Of a DNA stretch of 64,000 nt, positions 30,887 through 41,670 are shown in pieces. The position numbers and the translations under genes are program-made. Numbering within the stretch: position 1 is the first letter of the stretch; every line of letters starts with the position of its first letter. Origin of the DNA: Cyanidioschyzon merolae (Eukaryota); the NCBI GenBank assembly GCA_000091205.1, contig AP006502.2; one strand, written 5' to 3'. The notes below the pieces were generated by a model. It had not been told where the DNA came from. It saw only the letters and a program-made list of their open reading frames with translations, and did no database searches.

Positions 30887-31990
30887 ATGTACGTCGTCTC
30901 GGGACGTGCCGCGATCTGCGCGCATGCCGCAGCGCGACGTCTTCTCAGAATATCTCAGGTTCTGCGTTCGCCGTCTGTCGCCCTTTCCAGAAAGCGCGAT
31001 ATCATGTTCGTAAGCGCTTGCTGCAACGGAACTCGTAACTTAATTGCGGTTCAGCGTCAACGCCGCGTAAAAACCAGCCGTTCAGGAGGATTCGCGTGTA
31101 CAAGGCGCTTTGGACCGCGGCTGAAGAGGCTTCCACGCCTCGTGGCGGCTGTCGAGAAAGAGACCGAAAAGGTCCAGGGGTCGGTCAACGGGTCAGACGC
31201 TGACGCCGACGGTGGTCTTCAGGGCTACAAGAGCACTGATCCGCGAACAGGCGCGAGTCGCGAACTCAGTTTGGGCGAGAAAGAACGTCTGTACTTGGAG
31301 GCAGTGTATTCGTTTTACAACGGGGAACCGATTCTCAGCAACGAGGAGTTTAACGTTTTAAAGGAGGACCTGCAGTGGAATGGATCACAAGTCATCCTTA
31401 TGAACCGAGACGAACAAAGGTTCCTGAACGCCGCTCAAGCGTTCTACAACGGCAAACCTATAATGAGCGATGAAGATTTCGACGCACTCAAGGATCGTTT
31501 ACGGAAGCAGGGCTCCCAGATTGCCCTACAACAGGGCCCTCGTTGCAACATCGAAACTGGCGTGTGTTACAGTGACTGTCAAGTTGATAAGTTGCGGCAA
31601 GCGGTTATCTACGCACCGGCTGCTGGTATCGGCGCCCTGCTCTGGGCTGGGTTAAGTTTCGAGCTGACCCCGCTGCGACACGTCAACCCGGTCTGGAATC
31701 TGTTCATTGGGGCCCCCGTCATATACGCCTGCGCGCAGCTCCTGACGGGGATCGTGCTTCAAAATGATCCACAGATTGTGGTCGGAGAATGCCCATCTTG
31801 TGGATCGGAACAGCGAGTATTCTTCGGTGACATTCTCGGTGTTGAGGGTTATCGCGATGTAGCCGAAATCAAATGCGAGCGTTGCAAGGCGTCGCTGCGC
31901 CTCGACCGCAAACGCATGCGCCTAGAACAGATCCCGCGTATCCAGGGACCATCCATCAAACAGCGAGAGAACGTAGCACCAGCGTCGTAG
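30887..31990 (+). CDS. PGRL1: PGR5-like protein 1 (PGRL1), a thylakoid cyclic-electron-flow protein, with an N-terminal transit-peptide-like extension.
   Basis: EQRFLNAAQAFYNGKPIMSDEDFDALKDRL matches the PGRL1 repeat. Two TM helices are present. The paired cysteine motifs GECPSCG and KCERCK correspond to the PGRL1 redox/iron-binding cysteines. Confidence 0.8.
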   Translation: MYVVSGRAAICAHAAARRLLRISQVLRSPSVALSRKRDIMFVSACCNGTRNLIAVQRQRRVKTSRSGGFACTRRFGPRLKRLPRLVAAVEKETEKVQGSVNGSDADADGGLQGYKSTDPRTGASRELSLGEKERLYLEAVYSFYNGEPILSNEEFNVLKEDLQWNGSQVILMNRDEQRFLNAAQAFYNGKPIMSDEDFDALKDRLRKQGSQIALQQGPRCNIETGVCYSDCQVDKLRQAVIYAPAAGIGALLWAGLSFELTPLRHVNPVWNLFIGAPVIYACAQLLTGIVLQNDPQIVVGECPSCGSEQRVFFGDILGVEGYRDVAEIKCERCKASLRLDRKRMRLEQIPRIQGPSIKQRENVAPAS

Positions 31991-32349
31991 TTGTGGGCGA
32001 TCGAACTTCACGATTTGGCCCAGATGGAAAGCACTGGGATTCCTCGTGACACCGTTCCGAAAATCGATTTGAAAGGCTTGCGTCGTTCGTTGGTATGCAA
32101 AGCCCAATAGAGGCCAGCAACAGATGCGTCTGTGTCAATGTTAAACGGCTGTAAACCAGCCTTCGCCATATGCTTGCTCCTGCACATAACCAATTGCACC
32201 AATATTCGAAGAATGCGCACTTCACCGCTGTAGCGCCGAAATGCGACTGTACCAGTCATCCGATGTGCGAGTCGAGGCTTTGGGGTAGCTTCGCTCGTGC
32301 GTGCAAAGGCATGCGTCGAGACGATAGAGTGCGTATAACTAGTATGCCC

Positions 32350-33240
32350 CTACTCACAGGCGCTTCCCAGCCTTTTTGATTGGCTCCCTGCTATCGTCTT
32401 CAGTTTTTCCCTGTGCACTTCCAGCCTGAGAGGCTGTCCCACACATTTGGCTCGTGTCAACTCCGGGTGTGTCGTGTTCAGCACCGCACATATCCTTATA
32501 ATGAAGACGGCGTTGGCGTCCCGGTTCTCGAACTCTATGAGTTTCTTGCCGATGCCTGTACGCACCCGTGCGAGGAGTCCTGGAGCTCGCGCCCTGTATA
32601 CCATTTGCTGCTCAGTCAGCGCAATGTACTTTTCCATCTCCGAAGTGCTCCGCCGGATTTCCTCCATCGCGACCTTCTGAAGTGCGCAGCCCAGATCATA
32701 GTGTATACATACGATGTTCGGATCTCATCTATCCGTACCGTTACGAAATGATGTGCGCACTCCTCGTTCAATCGCGTAGATGGAGCGAGCATGCTCCCTT
32801 TTTTGGACGCCCGGCGTCTTGCTCCATCGACGAGAGCATACAAGGAGTGCGCATATCACGTCAACGCGGTACCGATAGACGACTTCCGAACATCGTACGT
32901 ATATACTATGATCTGGGCTGCGCACTTCAGAAGGTCGCGATGGAGGAAATCCGGCGGAGCACTTCGGAGATAGAAAAGTACATTGCGCTGACTGAGCAGC
33001 AAATGAAGAGGAGGGCGAAAACTCGGGGACTGCTTGTATTGGTGAGTACAAGCGGCGGCAAGAAACGCATGGAGTTTGTGAACCGAGACTTTAATGCTGT
33101 TATCAATACCAGAAGATGTGCGGTACTGGAGAAGAGACCCCCAGCGTTGACACGAGCCAAATTTGTGGGAGAACCTCTCAAGGTCGAATTCTACGAGAAG
33201 AAGTTGAAAACAGTCGTAGGTGGCCGGTCCAAATAGAAGC
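32350..33240. mobile_element. RF1 copy D, a ~900 bp near-perfect palindrome made of two head-to-head RF1 remnant arms (left arm 32350-32790 on -, right arm 32800-33240 on +).
   Basis: ORF 32350-32667(-) reads ...IEFENRDANAVFIIRICAVL.... ORF 32568-33236(+) reads ...MEFVNRDFNAVINTRRCAVLEKRPPALTRAKFVGEPLKVE.... The reverse complement of 32641-32720 is almost identical to 32893-32975. Confidence 0.7.
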
Positions 33241-33925
33241 GGAGGCGTCCGCACGTTGGTGTATAGACACGTCGAGTCTACGGCGGACGGACGCGCGCTC
33301 TTCGCGAAGGCCTCCGATCAGCACACGCAATATGCCCTGCGCGTAGGGCTTGCTTGAGGTGCAGACGTCGTTTCGATACGCTCTCGCTTTCGTGAACAGG
33401 CGTTCCTGGTGACGTTCATCTGATAACTAGGGTCTTGCACAATGCACAAACCGGCTTTCCTACACATAGGTTCACTCAGCTTGAACTCGGGCACCAGTGT
33501 GCGCTGGTTAAGGCCGTGTGCGAAAACTCACGCGAGCTGTTGCCGAGTGCTTGTGACGCAGAACCCAGCGTTCCGTGTGGCGCGCACCGGGACGAGCAGC
33601 TCTCACCACTGCAGGCTACGGACTACGAAATCGAGACTTTTCATGGCTTCTGGGCAGGTAGGTATCTTTACGCCGGTCGTCATTGTTGCGCGGGCAATTC
33701 TAGGGAAACAACGCTTCGAGAAAATTCGAGGTAGGGGCATTGCGCTCCACTCGCAGGCTATCACGAACTTTTGTAAGTTTGCAGGTGTCGACAATAAAGT
33801 TCGCCAAGGTCTCATTCGCATGGCGAAAGCGAATGGTAGCAAACTGGGTTTCCTGTCATGAAATGCTCTCTTCATAGCGGGATGAGCGACTCGGCTGCTG
33901 CGCGTGAAGCGCAGCTTGTGGATCC

Positions 33926-34762
33926 CTAGGCGGACTCACGTGCCCACAAAGCGAGGCCGCCGCCGCGACCACGACCAGCAAGAATTCTTGAATCTACGAA
34001 GAAAAAAGTGAAGAACGGCAGACGACGTCGATCTTTCAAGTCAAGCGCTTCTAAAGATGTTGGCCACTTCTTGATGCGTATTCGGGGCAATGTCGCGCCC
34101 ATTAAATGCAAACGGAACTCGCAAAAGTCAAACATTAGGCGCCGCTGCTTCGGTTCGAACATCCATGGTCCAGCAAACTTGATGCCCGCGAGCCTGAACG
34201 GTAAGTGAGCCTCATTCGTAACGGCACGCGCTATGACGGACCCGTGGTTTTCAACGCTAAACTGTATCCTCGCTTCCAGTGGGAAATACAAGCCCGCCCT
34301 TAAGCTCGAAGGGAGTTCGCCTCGTCTCAGCCGCTCAGAGAGCGAGTTCTGTGCAGACTTTTGGATGCTATAGACCAGTCTCCAGCTTCCTTCGAGCTCC
34401 TTCTCTGTCCATAAGCCAGCAGGCTCTCCGCTCTGTCCCGACTTACCCGCTTTCACCCATCTCTCAAGAAAGAGAAGCGCTGTCCCGACTGAGGTGACGT
34501 CTGGAGCGGGCGCTCTGAAAACGGCGGGTGCTGCAGCCGACTCCGTGGTATTGTAGTGCAAGCTGCGAGAAAGCACAGAACCCGCTGCCGCGTGCAGTAC
34601 CTGCACAGCCTCTTTGGGTGCTTCAAAGCCAGCCCTTCTGGGACTTGCACGAACAGCCTTCCACGGCGTTCTTGAACTCGAACTCGCCCGCAGTAGCGCA
34701 ACGCTGAACATAGAGCCTAGCGAGATAGCGCTCGAACACGGGAACACAAGGCACAAACGCAC
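33926..34762 (-). CDS. Hypothetical protein, possibly PAP/fibrillin-like. Its 3' end overlaps the annotated start of the TFIIH p44 ORF.
   Basis: GSWRLVYS and a C-terminal FDFCEFRL resemble fibrillin W-L-Y-S and F-D motifs. The match is weak. Confidence 0.25.
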   Translation of the reverse strand: MRLCLVFPCSSAISLGSMFSVALLRASSSSRTPWKAVRASPRRAGFEAPKEAVQVLHAAAGSVLSRSLHYNTTESAAAPAVFRAPAPDVTSVGTALLFLERWVKAGKSGQSGEPAGLWTEKELEGSWRLVYSIQKSAQNSLSERLRRGELPSSLRAGLYFPLEARIQFSVENHGSVIARAVTNEAHLPFRLAGIKFAGPWMFEPKQRRLMFDFCEFRLHLMGATLPRIRIKKWPTSLEALDLKDRRRLPFFTFFFVDSRILAGRGRGGGLALWARESA

Positions 34763-36425
34763 ACCTGCCGCCTCAATGACGCAGCTGTGCGTCGAGCGTT
34801 CCGGGTCATGCCGCTTGCATCTGCAGCGCCCTGTTCAGCAGAGTGCACTCAGCGGCAGGCCTGAGGGCGTTAGACTCGAATGCACTTCTGCGTCTTTCAT
34901 CGTCAATGCACCGATGCACCTGCCATTTACACAGTTAGAAGAACCTGCACGAGACGCAAGCGAGCGATTACAGTGGGACGCCAGGGCGGCTGGTCTCCAG
35001 CCACGTGAACAAGTTGCACCCACATCGCGGCGAGAAGACGAAGCGAACTATGCCTGGGAGCGACGCTATGAACGTAGCTGGGAGGCCATAGGTGTCAGCG
35101 ATGCTGGCGGGGGTATCTTCCGTCGAGATGCTCTTGATCAACAGCGCCAACGGCACCGTGACTTGGAACGTGTTTTGCAGGACAGCGCTGCTTCCGCTGC
35201 ACGTCGCCGCGTTGGTCGTGCGCTAGGCCTCATTCGCTTTCTGGTGCTGGCGCTGGACCTCTCCGCTGCGGTGCGCTCGCGCTCGCGATCCAGCTTAAGT
35301 AGTAGTAGCCAAGACCTGAAACCTTCCCGCTGGTCGGCAATTCTGTCGGGCGCTCAGTATTTTGTTCAGGACTTTTTCAGCGAGAACGCCGTATCCCAGC
35401 TGGCGATTGTTATCCTCCAGGACGGCATTGCCGCGCAGGTAAGCGAGATGTCGGGTTCTGTGCGTCTGCATATTGATGCGCTGCGCAGTCTTCAGCGAGG
35501 CACAAACAAATTTCTCCACGACGGAGACGGCGGCCAGACCTCTCTCCAGAACTGTCTAGAGCTGGGGCTCCGGATTCATGCATCTGTCCCGAGATTCGGC
35601 ACCAGAGAGATGCTGATTGTCTACGGAGGGTTATCCACATGTGATCCAGGTGATATACATAAGACTATCCAGAACTGTGTCGACGCAAGTATTCGGGTGA
35701 GCGTGATCGGCTTAGGTGCCGAAGTTTACATCTTGCGGGCTACAGCGGAGCGAACACAGGGCACCTATCGTGTACCCATGGATAATGATCACTTCCATCA
35801 GCTGCTGCGACAACAGGTGCCACCACCGCCACCACCGCCTCAGGCTTCACGTTCCACGAAACACCTGGAACCATCCGAGGCACCGTGGACGGCCATGCAG
35901 ATGGTCATGGGCTTCCCCCCGAAACTCGCTAGAGATCGCGTAGTTGTCGCCATCGATACACGAAAGGCGTGCCGCCTCGGATTCGAATGCCCACGATGCC
36001 GGCAATGGCTGTCCGAAGTCCCCGGTAACTGCATCCTTTGCGGGCTCACGCTTACCAGCGTACTCCACCTGGCTCGCTCGTATCATCACATCTTTCCAGC
36101 ACCGCGTTTCGAGGAGCGTGAAGAGCCTTCCTCTTCGCGTGCGAGCGCGCTCATGAGCGATGAGGAAGGTTTCAGCGTATCTCCATCTTCGGTGCCTGAG
36201 CGTATGCCGGATGCGGCCGCACCACCCGTGAAATGGCAATGCAGCGGCTGTTCCCGCACTTTATCGACAAAGGATGATCTGCAGCTGCAGTGCACTGGTA
36301 TATGTCGACAGCTTTTTTGCATTGACTGCGATCAGCTCGTCCACGAGCGATTGCATACGTGCCCGGCCTGTCTGGCGATGAGCCTGAATATGCGGCAGCG
36401 CAGCATCCCGCGAACGATCACCTGA
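34614..36425 (+). CDS. General transcription factor TFIIH subunit p44 (GTF2H2/SSL1). The real start is probably downstream of 34614.
   Basis: vWA-like core LSTCDPGDIHKTIQNCVDASIRVSVIGLGAEVYILRATAERTQGTYRV. Zinc-finger block FECPRCRQWLSEVPGNCILCGLTLTSVLHLARSYHHIFP. C-terminal C4HC3 DCDQLVHERLHTCPAC. Confidence 0.9.
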   Translation: MGASKPALLGLARTAFHGVLELELARSSATLNIEPSEIALEHGNTRHKRTPAASMTQLCVERSGSCRLHLQRPVQQSALSGRPEGVRLECTSASFIVNAPMHLPFTQLEEPARDASERLQWDARAAGLQPREQVAPTSRREDEANYAWERRYERSWEAIGVSDAGGGIFRRDALDQQRQRHRDLERVLQDSAASAARRRVGRALGLIRFLVLALDLSAAVRSRSRSSLSSSSQDLKPSRWSAILSGAQYFVQDFFSENAVSQLAIVILQDGIAAQVSEMSGSVRLHIDALRSLQRGTNKFLHDGDGGQTSLQNCLELGLRIHASVPRFGTREMLIVYGGLSTCDPGDIHKTIQNCVDASIRVSVIGLGAEVYILRATAERTQGTYRVPMDNDHFHQLLRQQVPPPPPPPQASRSTKHLEPSEAPWTAMQMVMGFPPKLARDRVVVAIDTRKACRLGFECPRCRQWLSEVPGNCILCGLTLTSVLHLARSYHHIFPAPRFEEREEPSSSRASALMSDEEGFSVSPSSVPERMPDAAAPPVKWQCSGCSRTLSTKDDLQLQCTGICRQLFCIDCDQLVHERLHTCPACLAMSLNMRQRSIPRTIT

Positions 36426-36453
36426 ATGGCAAAAGGAGCGCGTGCGTCACCGC

Positions 36454-37494
36454 TTATCGGAATTCATGAAAATCTGTATTGCTCTGCTCCGTAAGGATCG
36501 TTTTTCGCTCGAGTTCGCGAAACCTGGCAATCGACTGATCGCGTGCCTCATTTTCCATCATGTTTCCGAGCTCAGGTGGTGCATCATTTGGATCAATCTG
36601 CTGCTCGCGATTGAGCTCCTCCAGCACCGACTGCGCGACGTGTAGATCCCCGTAACCAAAGCACTGACTGCATCGCTCTTTGCGCAGTCCCCCGCAGAGC
36701 GGACATCGGAGCAAGTTCCCGTACGTCAAGCGTATGGGCAAGTAGACCATGATGCGATTGCTCTTAAAGTTCTGCTGGTACTCGCTCTCGTGTATGATGC
36801 CGCGGCCGCCGCAGTATTCACAGGTCTCCCAGCCGGAGCCATTACATGTGGGACAACAAGTTTTCTCCTCGAGCTCCTCTAAAGTTTGTTTCGTTTTCGG
36901 TGTTGACGAGTCCAGCTTGCGACTGAACAAGTTCTGCATGGCAAGCCGGAGCTGCTCTTCTATTTCACCGCTCGGCACCAGCGGGCTATTCTCATACGCC
37001 ACAAGACACCGTAGCACTCGCTCGGGCGCCTTCTTGACAACCGTATCGATTTCATTAATGCGACACTTTTGGCCGTTGAGCTCGCAGGCCGACCAATCCG
37101 GCTCGTCCGAAGGCGACGGGTCCGGCCCCGGCTCTACGATGCTACCGTGACGAAAAAACATGTCCAGCGTCGCCGGTGACAGCTGTTTCGACTGCGAGTT
37201 TCGACGTGCGACCAGGTCGGGGATAGTCTCAGCGTCTTCATACTTCGCCTTGCGGTTGGTCCTTTCGGTCGGTCTCGCATTCGAACGCTTCCGTGGCCGC
37301 GCGGCCTCGGGAGTTACACCTGACTGCGCAGGGTGCCGCGCACGGCGGACGTTTCTCACGTTCGCATCAGCGAGCTTCTTCTTCCCTGTCTGTGGTTTCG
37401 AAGCAGACGGCTCTGCGCAAGCTACCGCAAAGCAGCAAACACGAGTGCTTCCACGCCTGACATGGGGTTGGTATAACGCCAGTTCAGAAAACAT
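36454..37494 (-). CDS. DnaJ-type (CxxCxGxG) zinc-finger domain protein.
   Basis: CPTCNGSGWETCEYCGGRGII and CPLCGGLRKERCSQCFGYGDL repeats. Confidence 0.5.
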   Translation of the reverse strand: MFSELALYQPHVRRGSTRVCCFAVACAEPSASKPQTGKKKLADANVRNVRRARHPAQSGVTPEAARPRKRSNARPTERTNRKAKYEDAETIPDLVARRNSQSKQLSPATLDMFFRHGSIVEPGPDPSPSDEPDWSACELNGQKCRINEIDTVVKKAPERVLRCLVAYENSPLVPSGEIEEQLRLAMQNLFSRKLDSSTPKTKQTLEELEEKTCCPTCNGSGWETCEYCGGRGIIHESEYQQNFKSNRIMVYLPIRLTYGNLLRCPLCGGLRKERCSQCFGYGDLHVAQSVLEELNREQQIDPNDAPPELGNMMENEARDQSIARFRELERKTILTEQSNTDFHEFR

Positions 37495-37749
37495 TGCACC
37501 ACGACCCCGACCACCACCACCACCTCCACCACCAACACCACCAAGAACAGAGACGAGTGATTATGAAAACCGGAATAGGTGGTATGGATTCGGGTACGAA
37601 CGCGCTATGCGCGCTACGCCCGTGCGTAAGCTTGAATCCGAGTCCTGAGCGACTCGGTTTGCTCCGGTCTCCCCATGATTCATCGGTATTTCCATTCGAT
37701 TGTTTTCGATCTCCAAGTGCGTTGAATCAAATGCTTTTTCGTGGGTTGT

Positions 37750-38740
37750 AGCGGACGCGTTCGGAGTGCGTTCATTAGAAGAAATGAAAAATCAAAGGGA
37801 AAGGTACGGGCATGGAGGTCGCGGATGCTAGAGGGCGTTGATCGCCTGGTACCGAAAAGAAGAGGAAAAAATCCTCTGCTCGTCGACTGTCGCGCGATGA
37901 AGACCAAGTGACGAAGGCGAAGAAGAAGAGACAGAGAGGGAATCGTTTAGAAAACAGGTTTGTCTGACGGGATGATGGCGAGACTGTATTGGCACAGAGG
38001 GCACGAGTTCCAGCAATCCGTGCATTGGTGAGTTCCACTGGCGTCCATGCATGCAGGGTTCTCGTGAACGAAGACTTGAACGTCCGCATCCGTATCAGAC
38101 GATATCCGGTGCTGAAGAAAAGACCTGAGGAGACGATGCGATCCGAGTTCGTGGAGCAGCTTGTGACGCTTGTATTATGCAGGGAGAAATTGAAACCGAT
38201 AACAGTCTGCAGGTCGAAAAAGGCCGAGAAGCGCCTGCGAGGGGGTATCTATTTACCAACCACATTCGCACAGCGTTTTCCGTTTTATTCACGATATTCA
38301 TCGAACCTGCTTCACATGTACGGCCTCGAGATTCCAAGTGCACCAAATAGGGTTTACAGCTTCATACCGAGATCCTTGGTTCTCGGTCGTGTTTTTCGAG
38401 TGGCTTCTTCGAATCTCTGCATCTGGAATTCGTTGTGTTACTGGACTCAAGATGATTCGCGAAGCCCGCGAACAACCATTCGTAAAGCAACCGATATCAG
38501 TAAGCCATTGATCCATACAAACCTCCGGTCTGCTAATTTCCAAATGCAGAGCATTCTCGACTCATGCCTGCTTCGAGTTTTCGATGTTTATGGTTCAGGG
38601 CAACTCGTGAGCAAAGCGATTTGCGCCCTGGATTGACGACAAAAGCGGTCGACGTCATCCCGTGATGACTGGTTCACAAACTAGTATAGAGAGGTCACTG
38701 AAATTCTCCCGTCAAATAAACGATTCCGTTCGAAAGATGT
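37750..38740 (+). mobile_element. RF1 copy C, full length. It has the leader, a degenerate TnpB C-terminal remnant (37989-38260) and the 3' omega-RNA-like module (~38330-38740).
   Basis: Leader GTGCGTTCATTAGAAGAAATGAAAAATCAAAGGGAAAGG. The remnant reads ...VNEDLNVRIRIRRYPVLKKRPEETMRSEFVEQLV..., with the NAA degraded. The 3' motifs are CTGGACTCAAGATGATTCGCGA...CAACTCGTGAGC...GTCAAATAAACGATTCCGTTCGAAAG. Confidence 0.6.
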
Positions 38741-39698
38741 ATCCGCCTCTGTTTAGAGTATGGGCGCAACCGTTCTCAGATGCAGTTTGATATCTTTCAC
38801 GATGTATACTTCCCGTCGCACTTGTCTCTTGCGCTAGCAAGGAAACAGGTCCTGGACTCAGAATCGTAGTCGTCAGAGTGATCGCTTCCAGTGCAGACTG
38901 CGTCATTGTTTTGCGAGAAGAGCGCCTGGGCGGATTGAAGTTCCTTGCGTTGCTCTCCAGCCCAGATGCCCTTTCGGTGCTTGTTTCATCGTAAACAACA
39001 ACATGTTCCACGAAAACTCTGTCCTGTGGAACAGCGTGCGCTTGCTTACGCACCGGACAGGGTACTCGTCGAGTCGATGGATCGCAAGGAGTGCCTGGAC
39101 TTCAGGTACGGCACCGGGCCGCCGAAGCCGAGAAGGGCATCGACCGGAGCGTTCTGTCCTTGTTAAGAGTATGTACTCCGCGACGAAGCAAGTGTGCATG
39201 GGCCAAAGGTTTGCCTTCAGAAGAGCAGCAGGTATGGTGTACATTTTGGAATACCGGATCATAGCCGTGTCTCTCCGCTGCGAAGGGCGCATTGAACCTG
39301 CATACGCAGAAGATGAAAACGACAGGTAAAGCGTGGATCTCAAATAGCGGCTGCGGATGAAATGCGCCGACAGCTGCCGAATGCAGCTTGATCGGGACCC
39401 TAATGCTGCCGTCTGTATACCTCGGCTGCTTACAACGGCGCTCTACGAAATAGAGAGACCGGGATACTTCAGGCCGGAGATTAGAGAGAGCACAAAAGGA
39501 AGCAGCCATAGGAAACGCCCGCAATAGCTGGTGTTGATGAGACTGCACTGGGACCTAACCTATACTGTGTACGTCCGAGTTGGCGAACCGATTCCATTTC
39601 CGTCTGACATGGGTGTCGCGCATGCTTCACGCCGGCGATGAACATCTCCGACGTGCAATATCAGTACGTTTCAACAGCAGCTCCGAGTCGAGTACACT

Positions 39699-40994
39699 TT
39701 ACAATACAACGCTTCGAGATATTGAAGAATCTCGGTGGATAGACCAGATCTGTTCGCCCAGCAATGCGTCAATCGTGACGACGCGCAGCTGGGGAAACTG
39801 CTTCTCTCGAGGTACAGGTATGGTATCGGTCACGATGACTTCCTCGAAGAGACCCGGTTCGCTCAGACGCTCAATCGCAGGTCCACTGAAAACCGCATGC
39901 GTGGCCATCGCGAAAACACATGCTGCGCCTTTTTCGCGCAAGAGGCGCGCCGCCGCGCATATCGTGCCGGCGGTGTCGATCATGTCATCAACTAGGACTG
40001 CGATTTTCCCGTCTACCTCTCCGATCAGGTTCATCACTTCAGCGACATTGTGTCCGGATCGTCGCTTGTCGATAATCGCGAGCGGTGCATCACAAAGCGC
40101 CTTGGCAAAGGCCCGCGCGCGGGCAACACCGCCGACGTCAGGTGCGACAACAACAAGATCCGCGAGTTGTCGGGCTGCGCCATGATGATTCGTATCCGCC
40201 GAACTTTGCTCGATTCTCTCCATCAGGTACCTAACGAGTGCCGGTGACGCATACAGATGATCAACCGGAATGTCAAAGTAGCCGCAGGATTGCGGCGAAT
40301 GGATGTCGACCAGAATCATCCGATCCGCCCCGGCACGCGTAATCAAATTCGCCATGAGCTTCGACGAGAGCGCCTCGCGTTTCTCTACCAGCCGATCCGC
40401 TCGAGCATATCCGTAATAGGGTACGACGACGGTAACCTGAGCGGCGTGCGCCCTCTTGACTGCGTCGATTGTGATGAGCAGTTCCATGATAGAATCTGAG
40501 ATGCACGGCCCGCAGGTGCTGCAGATGAGAAACACATCACATCCTCGCACAGACTCGGGGAGTTTCACGTACAGTTCGCCGTCAGAAAAGCGCTTTCGAA
40601 TGATGCGATCGGTGCCTTCCTTGCCTAGATACCGCGCAACTCGGTCGGGCAGTTCTCCGGTGCTACTGCCGCCGAATATCCGCAAGCGCGACGTACCAAA
40701 GTTCAGTCCAGAACGAATAACCGTATCGGATTGCCGCACAAACGGTTCATAGACGGACACGTAAACGCCCTCTCCCCGACGCTCCTGCTTTTTCTCCGGT
40801 GGTTCTGCGATCGCCTCAGGGATACGGACTCGGGAGCAGCTGCCCGGTGCCCAGCTCGCTTCACGTCTTCTACGTCGGAAACCCGTGATCGACGGCCGCC
40901 ACCGCGAGCAGTTCTTCAGTGAAACACTTCTCTGCGGATGGCTCAGTGTCGGACGCAACGCAACGAACTGGGGGCAGGCGTGCATCGCGCGCAA
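39699..40994 (-). CDS. PRS: Ribose-phosphate pyrophosphokinase (PRPP synthetase), with a ~100-aa N-terminal extension that may be an organellar targeting sequence.
   Basis: VVVAPDVGGVARARAFAKAL, the PRPP-binding loop VLVDDMIDTAGTICAAARLL, and the N-terminal Pribosyltran_N region SGLNFGTSRLRIFGGSS...DGELYVKLPESVRGCDVFLI. Confidence 0.9.
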   Translation of the reverse strand: MRAMHACPQFVALRPTLSHPQRSVSLKNCSRWRPSITGFRRRRREASWAPGSCSRVRIPEAIAEPPEKKQERRGEGVYVSVYEPFVRQSDTVIRSGLNFGTSRLRIFGGSSTGELPDRVARYLGKEGTDRIIRKRFSDGELYVKLPESVRGCDVFLICSTCGPCISDSIMELLITIDAVKRAHAAQVTVVVPYYGYARADRLVEKREALSSKLMANLITRAGADRMILVDIHSPQSCGYFDIPVDHLYASPALVRYLMERIEQSSADTNHHGAARQLADLVVVAPDVGGVARARAFAKALCDAPLAIIDKRRSGHNVAEVMNLIGEVDGKIAVLVDDMIDTAGTICAAARLLREKGAACVFAMATHAVFSGPAIERLSEPGLFEEVIVTDTIPVPREKQFPQLRVVTIDALLGEQIWSIHRDSSISRSVVL

Positions 40995-41386
40995 AGAAGC
41001 ACAAAACTACCGAGCTTTCCGCACGCGTTTCGCGTTCTACAAAGCGGCTTCGGAACGAGTGATCCAACACCGCAAAAGTTGCTGTGTTATGCGTTGACGA
41101 AACCGAAGCAGGGTCGCAAGGCAGGGCCCAAAAGGCGCGACTCTATGGACAACGCTTCTAGGGTCCTCGAAAGGCACTAGAGGCGGTACACGCGCTCAAG
41201 CTGTTTCAACGTGTCCGGTACAGCACCGTGTCGTGCGTCAAGCGAGCACAGCACCGGCTACTAGACGGCATCGCGAACGCGGGTGGCGCGCAAAGCTGTT
41301 TCGCGATGCGCGGCGGCGGGACGACGGCGATCGCTGGGCCATTCAGCCGCGCAGGGACACAGGCACCAGCGCATTTTTTCATGGAC

Positions 41387-41670
41387 AAAACGTTAACTGG
41401 GGCCAGCGCTCTCCGATTATGCGCATTTTTCTTTTCTTACTTTTTTTTTGTGTTTATTTTTCAGTGCACGGTAAAGTATTCATCAACTCCTACCTCCAAG
41501 TTACATTACCCAGACTTTTTTCTCGGATACGCTGGTCGTTTCATACGTCCTATCGTGTGAGCCTAGTACCTGCCGAAAGCGACCGCTATGGCGCCTATAG
41601 CGCCGGTGCGGTCGCTGCACGGAGACAGAACGGCGTTGCCGTAGCACACACAGAGGGCGTCGGCTCGAGG
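41387..41670 (+). repeat. RF2 repeat, copy 2, upstream of (and opposite in orientation to) the PRPP synthetase gene.
   Basis: AAAACGTTAACTGGGGCCAGCGCTCTCCGATTATGCGCATTTTTCTTTTCTTACTTTTTTTTTGTGTTTATTTTTCAGTGCACGGTAAAGTATTCATCAACTCCTACCTCCAAGTTACATTACCCAGACTTTTTTCTCGGATACGCTGGTCGTTTCATACGTCCTATCGTGTG...CACGGAGACAGAACGGCGTTGCCGTAGCACACACAGAGGGCGTCGGCTCGAGG. Confidence 0.7.
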
